From an uncultured Chloroflexia bacterium (GTDB lineage: Bacteria; Chloroflexota; Limnocylindria; Limnocylindrales; CSP1-4): a DNA stretch of 64,000 bases. The position numbers and the translations under genes are program-made. Of this stretch, positions 10,522-19,602 are shown piece after piece. Every line of letters begins with the position of its first letter. The first letter of the stretch is position 1. The stretch is from positions 1,504,001-1,568,000 of the forward strand of contig CAWFXA010000002.1 of assembly GCA_963819655.1 (NCBI GenBank), in the 5' to 3' direction. The notes below the pieces were generated by a model that worked only from the letters and a program-made list of their open reading frames with translations, ran no database searches and was not told where the DNA came from.

Positions 10522-11787
10522 GTGTCGACGCCCCTGCCTGCCGCGACCGTCGTCTTGCTCCGACCCGGTTCGGCCGGCCTGGAGGTGCTGCTGACGCGTC
10601 GGCCGGTGTCGATGGCCTTCGCGCCGGACATGCATGTGTTCCCGGGCGGACGGGTCGACGCCGCCGACGCGGACCCGCGGCTGCTCGCGCGATCCGTCGT
10701 CACCGGTGAGGAGGCCGCGGCGGCGCTCGGCGGGGACCTGTCGCCGACCGAGGCGTTGGCCGCGTACGTGGCGGCCATCCGTGAGGCGTTCGAGGAGGTC
10801 GGCGTGCTGCTGGCGGACTGCCCGGCAGGCGTGGACCTCGCGGCGCCGCGCCGTCGATTGCTGGCGTCTGCAGACATCTTCCCCGCGATCGCCGAGGAGT
10901 TCGACCTGCGCTTGCGCACGGATCGACTCGTGCCACTGTCGCGCTGGGTGACGCCGCCGATCATGGAGCGCCGATTCGACGCGCGGTTCTTTGCGGCAGA
11001 CCTGCCCGAGGCCGCGGAGGCGACGCTGGTCGGCGAGGAGGTCGTCGAGCACGGCTGGCATCGACCGGTCGACGCGCTGGAGTCGATGGCGCGAGGCGAG
11101 CTCGGCATGTGGCTGCCGACGTCGACGACGCTGACGCAACTGCTCCACGTCTCGTCGATCGACGAGATCCGGTCGCGCCTGGCGCCGGGGCGGTTGGGGG
11201 AGGTCAGTGTCGAGCAGATCGGGGAGGACATCGTTCGCATCGAGATGCCCGCCGGTGGCGGCGTCGCCGGTCAGCCGGTCAACGCATACCTCGCCGGTCG
11301 CGAACGTTTCCTCTTGATCGACCCGGGAGACCCGACCGGACCCGGCCTGGACCGGGCGCTCGAGGAGGCCGCACGTCGCGGGGGCCGGATCGCGGCGATC
11401 GCGCTGACACATGCCGATCCGGATCACGCCGGTGGCGCCGAGGGGCTTCGGGAGCAGCTCGGCATCGAGGTCCTCGTCGGTTCGGGTGGCGGTCGGCACC
11501 TGCCGTACCCCGTCGTGGAGGTCGTTGACGGGACCTACATCCCGGCCGGCGACGTGCCGCTGCAGGTTGTGGCGACGCCGGGGTTGTCCCCGGATCACCT
11601 CGCGTTCGTCGTCGGGGAGCGCCAGTTTGCCATCACGGGCGATCTGGACGGCACGCGTGGCGCCCGCATGATCCCTGGCCCGATCGACCACGAGGCGTGG
11701 CGTGCGTCGGTGGCACGCCTCTACGCGTCCGCGCCGGCAGCGCGATGGCTTGGTGGACACCCGCGACCTGTGGACGCCCCGCACTAG
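10522..11787 (+). CDS. NUDIX hydrolase / metallo-beta-lactamase-fold fusion
   Basis: VFPGGRVD...AAIREAFEEVG NUDIX box and WVTP...RRFDARFF; then LIDPG, LTHADPDH, TPGLSPDH, TGD. Confidence 0.85.
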   Translation: MSTPLPAATVVLLRPGSAGLEVLLTRRPVSMAFAPDMHVFPGGRVDAADADPRLLARSVVTGEEAAAALGGDLSPTEALAAYVAAIREAFEEVGVLLADCPAGVDLAAPRRRLLASADIFPAIAEEFDLRLRTDRLVPLSRWVTPPIMERRFDARFFAADLPEAAEATLVGEEVVEHGWHRPVDALESMARGELGMWLPTSTTLTQLLHVSSIDEIRSRLAPGRLGEVSVEQIGEDIVRIEMPAGGGVAGQPVNAYLAGRERFLLIDPGDPTGPGLDRALEEAARRGGRIAAIALTHADPDHAGGAEGLREQLGIEVLVGSGGGRHLPYPVVEVVDGTYIPAGDVPLQVVATPGLSPDHLAFVVGERQFAITGDLDGTRGARMIPGPIDHEAWRASVARLYASAPAARWLGGHPRPVDAPH

Positions 11788-11797
11788 ACTGGCCCGC

Positions 11798-12766
11798 ATG
11801 AACGACGGCGTGACTGATTCGCCGATCCCGGAAGCACGCGGTCCGCACCTGCCCGACGTGCTGACTCGGCAGTCCATCTGGGTGTTCGTGTTCGGTCTCG
11901 CCGCGGTGTTCATCCTGTGGAGCGTCTGGCGACGGTGGACGGCGGAGTACACGATCGTGGACCTGAACGCCGTGTCGGCACTCCTGTTCGGACTCATCCC
12001 GGGCGTGGTGGCGCCGCTCTTCGGGGTCGCGCTCTTCGCCCGCCATCCGGATGCGCGACGGACCATGCCGTTGCTCGTCTTCGGCCTCGTCCTCTTTGCG
12101 TTCGCCGAGCTCCTGGAGACATTCGACCGCGCCATCTTCGAGGCGCTTGTCGCCTTCACGCCGGAGGACACCGGCCCGGTCACGCCGGCGGTCGTCGCGT
12201 TCGGCGTGTTCACGGCGCTGCTCGGGATGTTCGCCGCGCTCTACACGGGAGCGGGCTTGTCGAGCGCGCGCCGCCTTGAGCGCAGCGCCGCGGAGCGCCC
12301 GCTGATGATCTGGCTCGTTGCCCTCGGGGTCGTCAGCGCGGTCGTGTCGATCGCGTCCATCGTGCCGTTGCTGAGTGGAACACCCGCTCCGGGAGATCTC
12401 CTCCAGCTCGCCGTCAGCTTGGTCGTGAGCTTGCTCGTGACGCTGGCGTGGGCCTATCTCGTGACGGTCACGGTCGGCGGCTGGCTGTCGGGCGACGTGC
12501 CTCGACGGGCCTGGGCTCTGGCCGCAGTCGCCACCACCGTGCTGTTCGCGGTGCGGCTGACGATCGGGGCCGTACTCGGGACCGGGGAGCCGTGGATCAC
12601 GATCGTGATCGTCGCGGGCTACGCATCGCTGGTCGCATGGGTGCTGCTGCTGGTCGCGTTCTGGCTCGGTCTGCCGTCGCCGCGCGATCCTGTCGCGGAA
12701 CCGTCCGCGGACGAGCCTACGGTCGATCCACAGGAAGCGACGCTGCCAGGTTCCGCAGCAGGTTGA
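11798..12766 (+). CDS. hypothetical multi-pass membrane protein
   Basis: About 8 hydrophobic segments; ATG 11798 follows TAGACT. Confidence 0.7.
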   Translation: MNDGVTDSPIPEARGPHLPDVLTRQSIWVFVFGLAAVFILWSVWRRWTAEYTIVDLNAVSALLFGLIPGVVAPLFGVALFARHPDARRTMPLLVFGLVLFAFAELLETFDRAIFEALVAFTPEDTGPVTPAVVAFGVFTALLGMFAALYTGAGLSSARRLERSAAERPLMIWLVALGVVSAVVSIASIVPLLSGTPAPGDLLQLAVSLVVSLLVTLAWAYLVTVTVGGWLSGDVPRRAWALAAVATTVLFAVRLTIGAVLGTGEPWITIVIVAGYASLVAWVLLLVAFWLGLPSPRDPVAEPSADEPTVDPQEATLPGSAAG

Positions 12767-13319
12767 GGCCTTCGTCGACCTGCTCGGTCGTCGCGTACGG
12801 ACCGGGCATGAGGAAGCACGGCCGACCGGCCAGCGCGACGCCCTTCAGCTGACCCCACGGCTCGTCCAGCTCGCGGCCAGCGGCGGTCTGGGCCACACGC
12901 TTGTAGATGAACACGACCGCGCCCGGTCGCCAGAGCGCGATCTTCTGCCAGAGCGGGCCCACGCCTTCACGCAGCTGTTCGTCCGTGGCCTCGTCTCGTG
13001 CCGTCGGGCGCTTGATCAGGTCGGTGATCCCGTGGCCGGCCAAGACGAGGGCGTCGTCCGCCGCGGTGACGTCGGTGCGGAGCGGGATGATGCCCGTATG
13101 CATCAGCCGCTGCCAGAATTGCTGCCCGAGACGCCCTTGGTGGTAATGGCCGGCCGCGACGCTGACCGGCGATGGGTTCAGGCCGACGAACAGCAGGCCG
13201 TCACGTCTGGGTGGCAGGTCGGCGAGCGTCTCGGTCGGGACGCCGTCGATCTCGATCGTCGTTCGATGCGGACCCGGGTCGGGTCGCCGGATGAGAGCCT
13301 CGAGTTCGTCCGGGGTCAC
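12717..13319 (-). CDS. uracil-DNA glycosylase superfamily protein, Mug/TDG-like
   Basis: LLFVGLNPSPVSVAAGHY...FWQRL and GITDLIKRPT. Confidence 0.85.
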   Translation of the reverse strand: MTPDELEALIRRPDPGPHRTTIEIDGVPTETLADLPPRRDGLLFVGLNPSPVSVAAGHYHQGRLGQQFWQRLMHTGIIPLRTDVTAADDALVLAGHGITDLIKRPTARDEATDEQLREGVGPLWQKIALWRPGAVVFIYKRVAQTAAGRELDEPWGQLKGVALAGRPCFLMPGPYATTEQVDEGLNLLRNLAASLPVDRP

Positions 13320-13609
13320 GCCGTGTCGGGCGGCCTGCGGTCGGCCGGTGGGGTGTCCGTCTCCGCGTCCGCCGGGGTCTCCGCCGGCGCGTCTGCCGGT
13401 CCGTCAGCCGGTGCTCGGTCCGTCTCGCCGGTGGACGTCGACTCGTCCGACGCGCGCGCCTGGATCTCGGCCTGCGCCTTCGATGCCTCATCGCGCGCTT
13501 CGCGCACACCCCGCCCGAGCGCCTGCCCCAGCTTGGGCAGCGTCTTTGGCCCGCGCCACAGCAGCACGAGCGCGAGGATCACGATGAGCACGAGACCGAT
13601 GTCCTGCAT
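13316..13609 (-). CDS. tatA: twin-arginine translocase TatA/E subunit
   Basis: IGLVLIVILALVLLWRGPKTLPKLGQALGRGVREAR followed by an acidic tail. Confidence 0.88.
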   Translation of the reverse strand: MQDIGLVLIVILALVLLWRGPKTLPKLGQALGRGVREARDEASKAQAEIQARASDESTSTGETDRAPADGPADAPAETPADAETDTPPADRRPPDTA

Positions 13610-13650
13610 CCGCGGATGGTAGCGCGGCGGCACCCGCTATCGTGCCGGTC

Positions 13651-15342
13651 ATGCTGCTCGTCTTCGGGCCACGCTCCACCGACTACGATTTCGGGGCCGA
13701 CCATCCCCTGACGCCTCGCCGTTTCGGGCCTGGGATCGATCTCCTCCGCTCGGTCGGGGCCGAGCCGGGTCTGGCGCCCGAGCCGGCGCCCGACGCCGAC
13801 CTGTTGCTGTGCCACGCGGCCGAGTACCTCGAGGTCGTGAAGCGGTTCTCCGTGGATCCGTTCGGGTTCCCAGAGGCAGGGATCGGCATCTCCGACAACC
13901 CGCCGTTCCCGGGCATGCACGACGCCGCCGCAGCGGTGGCCGGTGGCTCGTTGCGCGCGATGGAGGCGATCCTCGACGGCGATGTCGAGCATGCCTTCCA
14001 CCCGGGTGGCGGCCTGCACCACGCGATGCGCGCGCGGGCGTCCGGTTTCTGCATCTTCAACGACCCGGCACTGGCGATCGCGCGTGCGCGCCGGGACGGG
14101 TTGCGGGTGCTGTACATCGACCTCGACGTCCATCACGGCGACGGTGTCCAGGCGCTGTTCTGGGACGACCCGGGCGTGCTGACGTTCTCGATCCACGAGA
14201 GTGGTCATTACCTGTTTCCGGGCACAGGCGATGTCGCGGAGGTGGGGGAAGGCGTCGCCGCGGGGACCGCTGTCAACGTCCCGCTCCTGCCAGGGACCGG
14301 GGATCGGGCCTGGGTGGCCATCCTGGAGATGCTGCTCCCCGAATTGGCCGCCGCGTTCGGGCCGGACCTGATCGTGTCGCAGCACGGGGCAGACTCGCAT
14401 GCATGGGATCCGCTCGCGCATCTCGACGTCACGACGACGGGCCACGGACGGGCGGCGCGGCTGGTCGACCAGCTGGCGCATCGATTCGGGCGTGGTCGAT
14501 GGCTCGCGACAGGCGGCGGCGGGTACGACGCATATCGGGTGGTGCCCCGGACCTGGTCCCTGACCTGGCTGGCCGGGGCGCATCTCGAGGTGCCGGCTTC
14601 GATGCCGGGGGAGTGGCGCGAACGGTGGACGGCCGAGGCGACACGGTACGGGCAGGTGCCGCTCCCCGCGACGTTCGACGACGGCGTGATCGCCGACGAC
14701 GACCTTGACCCGGAACAGGCCGCTCTCTACCTCGCGGCGCTCGAGGTGGCCGGCCTCGCCCGCTGGGCCACGATCCCGCGGCTCGTCAGCGAGGCCGTGG
14801 ACCGTGGGTGGTGGAACCCGATGGTGCCCGCATCCGGGTTGATGCCCGCGACAGCGGACGAGATGGCGGGAACCCCGACCATCGTCCGGTCGGTGGACGC
14901 CACCACCTGGGCGCGGCTCACGTTGCAGCCTGGCGTCGTCGCGCCGGCCGATCCCGCCAGCGCGCATGACCTGATCGCGGCGGGCCTCTTGTCGGCTGAT
15001 CCGGCTCGCGTCTCTGCGGCGGTCGTCGGGTCCAGCGTTGTCGGACTCGTCGTGTCGGCGCCGGCGGATCCGCGGGACGGGGAGATGGAGATGCTGGGGC
15101 TTGGCGTCGCCCCCGCGTTTCGTCGGCTGGGTCTCGCCGGCCGGTTGCTCGCGGAGCACGCCGAGTCAGGCACGCTCGCGAGCGTGACGCTGGCCGAGCG
15201 AGACGTCGTCGAACCGCTCGATCGCGGACTTCGAGCGTCGATCGCGCGTCGCCTTCTCGAAGGCGCCGGGTTCGAACTGAAGGCCGCCGACGGAGCCATC
15301 CGTGGCGTCGACCCGCTGGCGTTCACCGCTTGGCTGCCCTGA
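13651..15342 (+). CDS. acuC: AcuC-like Zn-dependent deacetylase fused to a C-terminal GNAT-like domain
   Basis: YDFGADHPL.P.R, GGLHHA...ASGFC, YIDLDVHHGDGVQ, SIHESG.YLFPGTG, QHGADSH..DPL, GGGGY; C-terminal LGVAPAFRRLGLAGRLL; ATG 13651 follows TATCGT. Confidence 0.88.
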   Translation: MLLVFGPRSTDYDFGADHPLTPRRFGPGIDLLRSVGAEPGLAPEPAPDADLLLCHAAEYLEVVKRFSVDPFGFPEAGIGISDNPPFPGMHDAAAAVAGGSLRAMEAILDGDVEHAFHPGGGLHHAMRARASGFCIFNDPALAIARARRDGLRVLYIDLDVHHGDGVQALFWDDPGVLTFSIHESGHYLFPGTGDVAEVGEGVAAGTAVNVPLLPGTGDRAWVAILEMLLPELAAAFGPDLIVSQHGADSHAWDPLAHLDVTTTGHGRAARLVDQLAHRFGRGRWLATGGGGYDAYRVVPRTWSLTWLAGAHLEVPASMPGEWRERWTAEATRYGQVPLPATFDDGVIADDDLDPEQAALYLAALEVAGLARWATIPRLVSEAVDRGWWNPMVPASGLMPATADEMAGTPTIVRSVDATTWARLTLQPGVVAPADPASAHDLIAAGLLSADPARVSAAVVGSSVVGLVVSAPADPRDGEMEMLGLGVAPAFRRLGLAGRLLAEHAESGTLASVTLAERDVVEPLDRGLRASIARRLLEGAGFELKAADGAIRGVDPLAFTAWLP

Positions 15343-15723
15343 CCCAGGCTGTGCCGGGTCGGCTCGGAGATCGAACGTCCCGAGCCAGGTCGGGCCGCCC
15401 GACGCGATCACCGGCTCGTCGCCGGCCGGCATATGCCCGATGACGTAGCGCTCCAGGCCCGCCGCATCATCGAAGAACGTCACGATCACGCGAGCGTGCG
15501 GTCGCGCCCGGCGGAGCTCCTGCGCGATGGCCGGCAGCCGTCGGCGGTCGGTGCCGGCCGCGACGACCACGTTGAGCGCGAGGACCGATCCGTCGTCGGC
15601 CACCCACCGCGCCGTGACAGCGACCTCCGCAGCCGGCGCAGGCGGCTGGGTCGATGGCGGCGGGGCCGCGCAGGCCAACGCCGCCATGACGACCAAGCCG
15701 ACGACGGCCGTCCTCAGCACCAC
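15166..15723 (-). CDS. putative lipoprotein
   Basis: VLRTAVVGLVVMAALA-C lipobox; start overlaps the stop of the upstream secreted gene; 3' end uncertain because it overlaps acuC. Confidence 0.5.
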   Translation of the reverse strand: MVLRTAVVGLVVMAALACAAPPPSTQPPAPAAEVAVTARWVADDGSVLALNVVVAAGTDRRRLPAIAQELRRARPHARVIVTFFDDAAGLERYVIGHMPAGDEPVIASGGPTWLGTFDLRADPAQPGSGQPSGERQRVDATDGSVGGLQFEPGAFEKATRDRRSKSAIERFDDVSLGQRHARERA

Positions 15724-16301
15724 TTCGTCAGGCGGAACTCGATGCCCTGGAAGTTACGCGCGGTGCCGATCCCGATCTTCCTGTCCGAACCGATGAACGG
15801 CTCCTGCCAGACCTCGAAGCTGTACTCGAAGAAGACGTTGTAGGCGCGGATCGTCCAGCACGCGCCATTCGGCACAGTGGTGCTGGAGCGATATGCCACG
15901 GATTCGGATCGCTCCACGTTGAAGCCGACGCCGGCGGTCACGACCTCGGCGCTCACGCTGACGTTCGCCGAGAAGCTGTTCTTGACGGTCCGCGTGATAT
16001 CGATGCCGATCGTGGTCGGGCCGTTGCCCTGGACCATCGTCACGAACGGCTTGATCGTTCGCACGTACCGCCGGTTCTTGACATAGATGCAGTCCCAGAC
16101 GCACAGGGCCTGGGTCCCGGCCGTGCTGCTACCCGTCGCGGGCACGATGAGGCCCTTCGCGATCAGCTCGGCGCGGCTCACGAAGGTGACGACTTCCTTC
16201 CGGGAGCTTTCAGGGCTTCCGGCCGCGGCCGAGGCCGGAGCGACGAGCCCGACGGCGACCACGATGGCCAGGACGAGCGGGAACTTGAGCGAGCGACGCA
16301 T
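15714..16301 (-). CDS. secreted beta-rich protein, possibly aerolysin/ETX-MTX2-like
   Basis: Signal peptide ending ASA-AA; Ser/Thr-rich alternating stretch ITRTVKNSFSANVSVSAEVVTAGVGFNVERSESVAYRSSTTVP; four Cys; GAGG RBS. Confidence 0.7.
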   Translation of the reverse strand: MRRSLKFPLVLAIVVAVGLVAPASAAAGSPESSRKEVVTFVSRAELIAKGLIVPATGSSTAGTQALCVWDCIYVKNRRYVRTIKPFVTMVQGNGPTTIGIDITRTVKNSFSANVSVSAEVVTAGVGFNVERSESVAYRSSTTVPNGACWTIRAYNVFFEYSFEVWQEPFIGSDRKIGIGTARNFQGIEFRLTKWC

Positions 16302-16306
16302 GCCAC

Positions 16307-16340
16307 CTACCTCATGTGGCGGGCTACCTCACGTGGCGGG
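16307..16340. repeat. 17-bp tandem duplication CTACCTCAYGTGGCGGG x2
   Basis: 16307-16323 and 16324-16340 differ at one base; contains the minus-strand RBS of the secreted-protein gene. Confidence 0.85.
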
Positions 16341-16452
16341 CGACGGCTGTCCGGCGTCGGGAGCACCCTAGCGGGCCGCGCTCACCTCTCGCGTATCTGC
16401 CGCTCTACTGGCGCGTAGCTGTGCCGAACGTGGCCGACTTCGTCTCGCCGTA

Positions 16453-17163
16453 TCAGCCGGGTGCAGCGTTAGTCGCTCGCGGACCGACCAGGCGGTAGCC
16501 CAAGCCGTACTCCGTCGCGATCATCGACTCGCCGGGCGCCACCGCGTCCAGCTTGAGGCGCAGGTTGCGAACCGTCATGCGCAGCAGGTGCACGTCCCGG
16601 TCGTACCCGGCGCCCCAGACTCCGCCGAGCATCTGGCGATGGGTCACCAGCTGACCGCCGTGCTCGACGAGGAAGGCGAGCAGGCGGAATTCGGTCGGCG
16701 TGAGGCCGATCTCCACGCCTCGCAGGTGCGCACGATGCTCGTCGAGGTCGACCGCGAGCTCGCCGTGTCGGAGCCGTCGCGGTCGCTCCGGCGAGCTGGT
16801 CCCCGCCCGTCGCAACGCGGCCTCCACGCGGGCGAGGAGCTCCGGGAAGGACACCGGCTTCGTGATGTAGTCGTCCGCCCCGAGCTTCAGGCCACGGATC
16901 TTCTCCGCCTCCGAGCCGCGGGCGGTGACCATAAGGATCGGCACGCGGCTGAACTCGCGAAGGCGCTCGAGCAATTGCCAGCCGTCCAGGCCGGGCAGCG
17001 CGACGTCGAGGACGACGAGGTCGGGGCGTTCATCGTGGAAGCGGCGCAGGGCGTCGGGTCCGGTACGTGCCGTGACGGTTCGGTAGCCGGCCTGCCCGAC
17101 CCACAGTTCGACGAGCGCTGCGAACTCGGGCTCGTCCTCGACGATCAGCACGGTCTCAGCCAT
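16453..17163 (-). CDS. OmpR/PhoB-family response regulator
   Basis: VLIVEDE, LVVLDVALPGLDG, GADDYITKP, winged helix LTPTEFRLL...TEYGLGYRL. Confidence 0.95.
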   Translation of the reverse strand: MAETVLIVEDEPEFAALVELWVGQAGYRTVTARTGPDALRRFHDERPDLVVLDVALPGLDGWQLLERLREFSRVPILMVTARGSEAEKIRGLKLGADDYITKPVSFPELLARVEAALRRAGTSSPERPRRLRHGELAVDLDEHRAHLRGVEIGLTPTEFRLLAFLVEHGGQLVTHRQMLGGVWGAGYDRDVHLLRMTVRNLRLKLDAVAPGESMIATEYGLGYRLVGPRATNAAPG

Positions 17164-18757
17164 CGGCGTCCCCTGATCGCGCAAGTGGGAGCGTGATCCG
17201 GACCCTCGTTCCGGATCGGCCGTCGGCTCGATCGCCGACAGTCAGCTCCCCGCCATGCGCCTCGACCAGGCGCCGGCAGATGAAGAGCCCCAGGCCGGTC
17301 CCCGGGATTCGCGATTCGCGCACGTTCCAGGCGCGATGGAACGGCTCGGTAACGAGCACGCGGTCCGCCTCGGGGATGCCAATGCCTTCGTCGTCGACGG
17401 TGATAACAAGCCATGGCCTGGCGACCATCGCCCCAACGACCACAGGACTGCCGTCGGGCGCGTATTTGAGGGCGTTGCCGACCAGGTTTGCGAGGATCTG
17501 GCCCACCCGCGCGATGTCGACCTCGATCGTGGGCAGGTCATCGGCGGCGTCGACGACGAGACGCTCCTCCTGGCGCGTCATCGTGAGGTCTCCGCGCAGA
17601 CGGGCGACCAGCGCATCGAAAGTCGTGGCCCGGCGCTCGAGGATGAGCGGATCGGCTTGCAGGTGGGTCACGTCGAGGACCTGGTCGACGAGGGCGGCCA
17701 GCCGGGTTGTCGCGTCGTCGATCCGCTCGACGTAGGCGCGCTGTTGCTCGGGCTCGAGCGGTAGGTGGAGTAGCGTCTCCGCGTAGCCGCGGATGAGGGC
17801 GAGCGGCGTCCGCAGCTCATGGCTGACGGTCGCCACGAACCCTTCCCGGAGCTCCTCGAGGGCCTGCACGGCGCTCATGTCGCGAAGGATCGCGGTGGCC
17901 CGCGTGTCGCCCCCGTCGCTCGCGCCGGAGACCGTGACGGCATAGCTGCCCGCCACCCGGACGGGCGAGCCGGCCTGACCACGGACGGCGGATTCACGGT
18001 AGGCGATGGGGTCGCCACCGCGGCGCACCTCGGCAAGCGGGCAGTCGGCAAGCGTGTGCCCACCGGCGATCTCGCAGCCGAGGACGTCCCCGCAGCTCCG
18101 CCCGATGGCCGCCTCGGTTGTGGTGCCGAGCAGCCGCTCGCCGGCCGGGTTGAGTCGCACGACGCAGCCCTCCGCGTCGACCTGCAGGATGAGATCGGTG
18201 GCCCCTTCGACGATGGCGCCGAGCTCGTGGCGTTCGCGTTCGAGCGCCTGTCGCAACCGGGCGCCCTCGAACGCCACCACCAATTCGTGCCGGGCGAGGA
18301 GGGCGATCCGGAGGCCGTCCTCGTCGAGCTGCCGCCCAGCCGTTGGCCAGACAGCGAATGCCGCGCGCAGTGCCCCATCGCCGAGCGTGACGCCTCGCGC
18401 GCCCGGCCACGTGGCAGTCCAGGCCTGCAGCGCGTCGACGTCCGGGAAATCCGTCGGGACCGGGTTGCCGTTCGGAGCCCCCGTCACGGACACCAGGGTG
18501 ACGGAGCGCTCATCGGGGCCGCCGATCCACAACGCTCCGCCTGCGGCGTCCGCGAGCCGGATGAGCTCGAGCAGGACCGAACCGGAAAGCTCCCCGAGCG
18601 TCCCGCCGGTCGCGATCAGCTGGCTCAGCTGGTATTGCGCGAAGAGGGCGTCCGCCTCCCGCTGGGCGTCATCGAAGGCGCGTCGTCGGTCGCGCTCGAG
18701 TGCATCGATGCGGGCCAGGAGTCCGGCCGCGCCCGGCCGGGCCGTCGGGTCACCCAT
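17156..18757 (-). CDS. soluble GAF-like/PAS sensor histidine kinase
   Basis: PAS (LNPAGERLLG, CGDVLGC...CPL), H-box VSHELRTPL, NLVGNALKY, DEGIGI, GTGLGL; no transmembrane segment; overlaps both neighbours. Confidence 0.92.
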   Translation of the reverse strand: MGDPTARPGAAGLLARIDALERDRRRAFDDAQREADALFAQYQLSQLIATGGTLGELSGSVLLELIRLADAAGGALWIGGPDERSVTLVSVTGAPNGNPVPTDFPDVDALQAWTATWPGARGVTLGDGALRAAFAVWPTAGRQLDEDGLRIALLARHELVVAFEGARLRQALERERHELGAIVEGATDLILQVDAEGCVVRLNPAGERLLGTTTEAAIGRSCGDVLGCEIAGGHTLADCPLAEVRRGGDPIAYRESAVRGQAGSPVRVAGSYAVTVSGASDGGDTRATAILRDMSAVQALEELREGFVATVSHELRTPLALIRGYAETLLHLPLEPEQQRAYVERIDDATTRLAALVDQVLDVTHLQADPLILERRATTFDALVARLRGDLTMTRQEERLVVDAADDLPTIEVDIARVGQILANLVGNALKYAPDGSPVVVGAMVARPWLVITVDDEGIGIPEADRVLVTEPFHRAWNVRESRIPGTGLGLFICRRLVEAHGGELTVGDRADGRSGTRVRITLPLARSGDADG

Positions 18758-19406
18758 CGGCGATCGCCCGCAGGAGAAGCGCACATGAGACGGCGCCGGG
18801 GTCGAGATGACCGATCGACCGATCGCCGAGGCGGAGCGCCAGACCGCGCCGGGCGACGAGTGACCGCGTGGATCTCATCCCCCTCGCTGCCGACCACACG
18901 GCGGCGGCCGTGGCGTGACCCGGGGATTCGCCGCGTGACGTCGCATCGACAAACGTGTCCGCTGCCGGCCGCAGCGCGTCGAGGATCGTCTTGTCGCCCA
19001 CCGTGCAGCGTCCACGGCGCGCCAGGCCCTCGGCGGCCGCCACGAGCATCGGCCCGAGCGCGGCCGGGTCGAGCGAAGGTGCATCGCCGGCGGTGACGCC
19101 CGCCTCGAGGAACGCGGTGCCATACAGCGGCCCGGACGCTCCGCCGACGGCCGCCACCAGTCGATGGCCGACGGCCCGGAGCAGCTCGCCGGGCGGCGTC
19201 TCTAGCGGCATGTCGTCGAGCATCGCCTCGACGGCCCGGAACCCGATGACGAGGTTGTCGCCGTGGTCGCCATCGCCCAGCACCGTGTCGAGCCGCGTCA
19301 GGTAGTCGGCGTGGCGTTCGACGACGACCCGGCATCGTCGGAGGGCCGCCCGGACAGCAGCCGCATCGATCACGTCGCGGGGCGTGGCGGATGGCGATGC
19401 GGACAC
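18750..19406 (-). CDS. DhaL (DAK2-domain) paralogue, probably regulatory
   Basis: LDTVLGDGDHG, GGASGPLYG, GDKTILDAL, RGLALRLGDRSIGHLDPGA; GTG 19406 follows TATCGT. Confidence 0.85.
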   Translation of the reverse strand: MSASPSATPRDVIDAAAVRAALRRCRVVVERHADYLTRLDTVLGDGDHGDNLVIGFRAVEAMLDDMPLETPPGELLRAVGHRLVAAVGGASGPLYGTAFLEAGVTAGDAPSLDPAALGPMLVAAAEGLARRGRCTVGDKTILDALRPAADTFVDATSRGESPGHATAAAVWSAARGMRSTRSLVARRGLALRLGDRSIGHLDPGAVSCALLLRAIADG

Positions 19407-19501
19407 GGTCGGCCGACGATAGTCGGTCCGCTGGGCTCGGGCAACGCGACCACCGGGCCACACCAGCCTGCCCGCGCTCGCGTGGCGCCGTTCTGCGGAC
19501 C

Positions 19502-19531
19502 TCTTGATGCCATCTTGCTTTCTTCTTGATG
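19502..19531. promoter_or_regulatory. three TCTTG direct repeats at 11-bp period, putative OmpR/PhoB-type boxes
   Basis: TCTTGATG at 19502, TCTTGCTT at 19513, TCTTGATG at 19524, in an AT-rich patch between the divergent regulatory and dha operons. Confidence 0.7.
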
Positions 19532-19602
19532 ACCTCCGGCAGAGCATCGCCTCCAACCAGCAACCCGGGTGCAACCCACCCAGCAGATGAAAGGAGGCGC
19601 GC

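Noticed and set aside
10522-11787. NUDIX-MBL fusion as a novelty
   Set aside because: This architecture is already known in several bacterial groups; kept as a feature only
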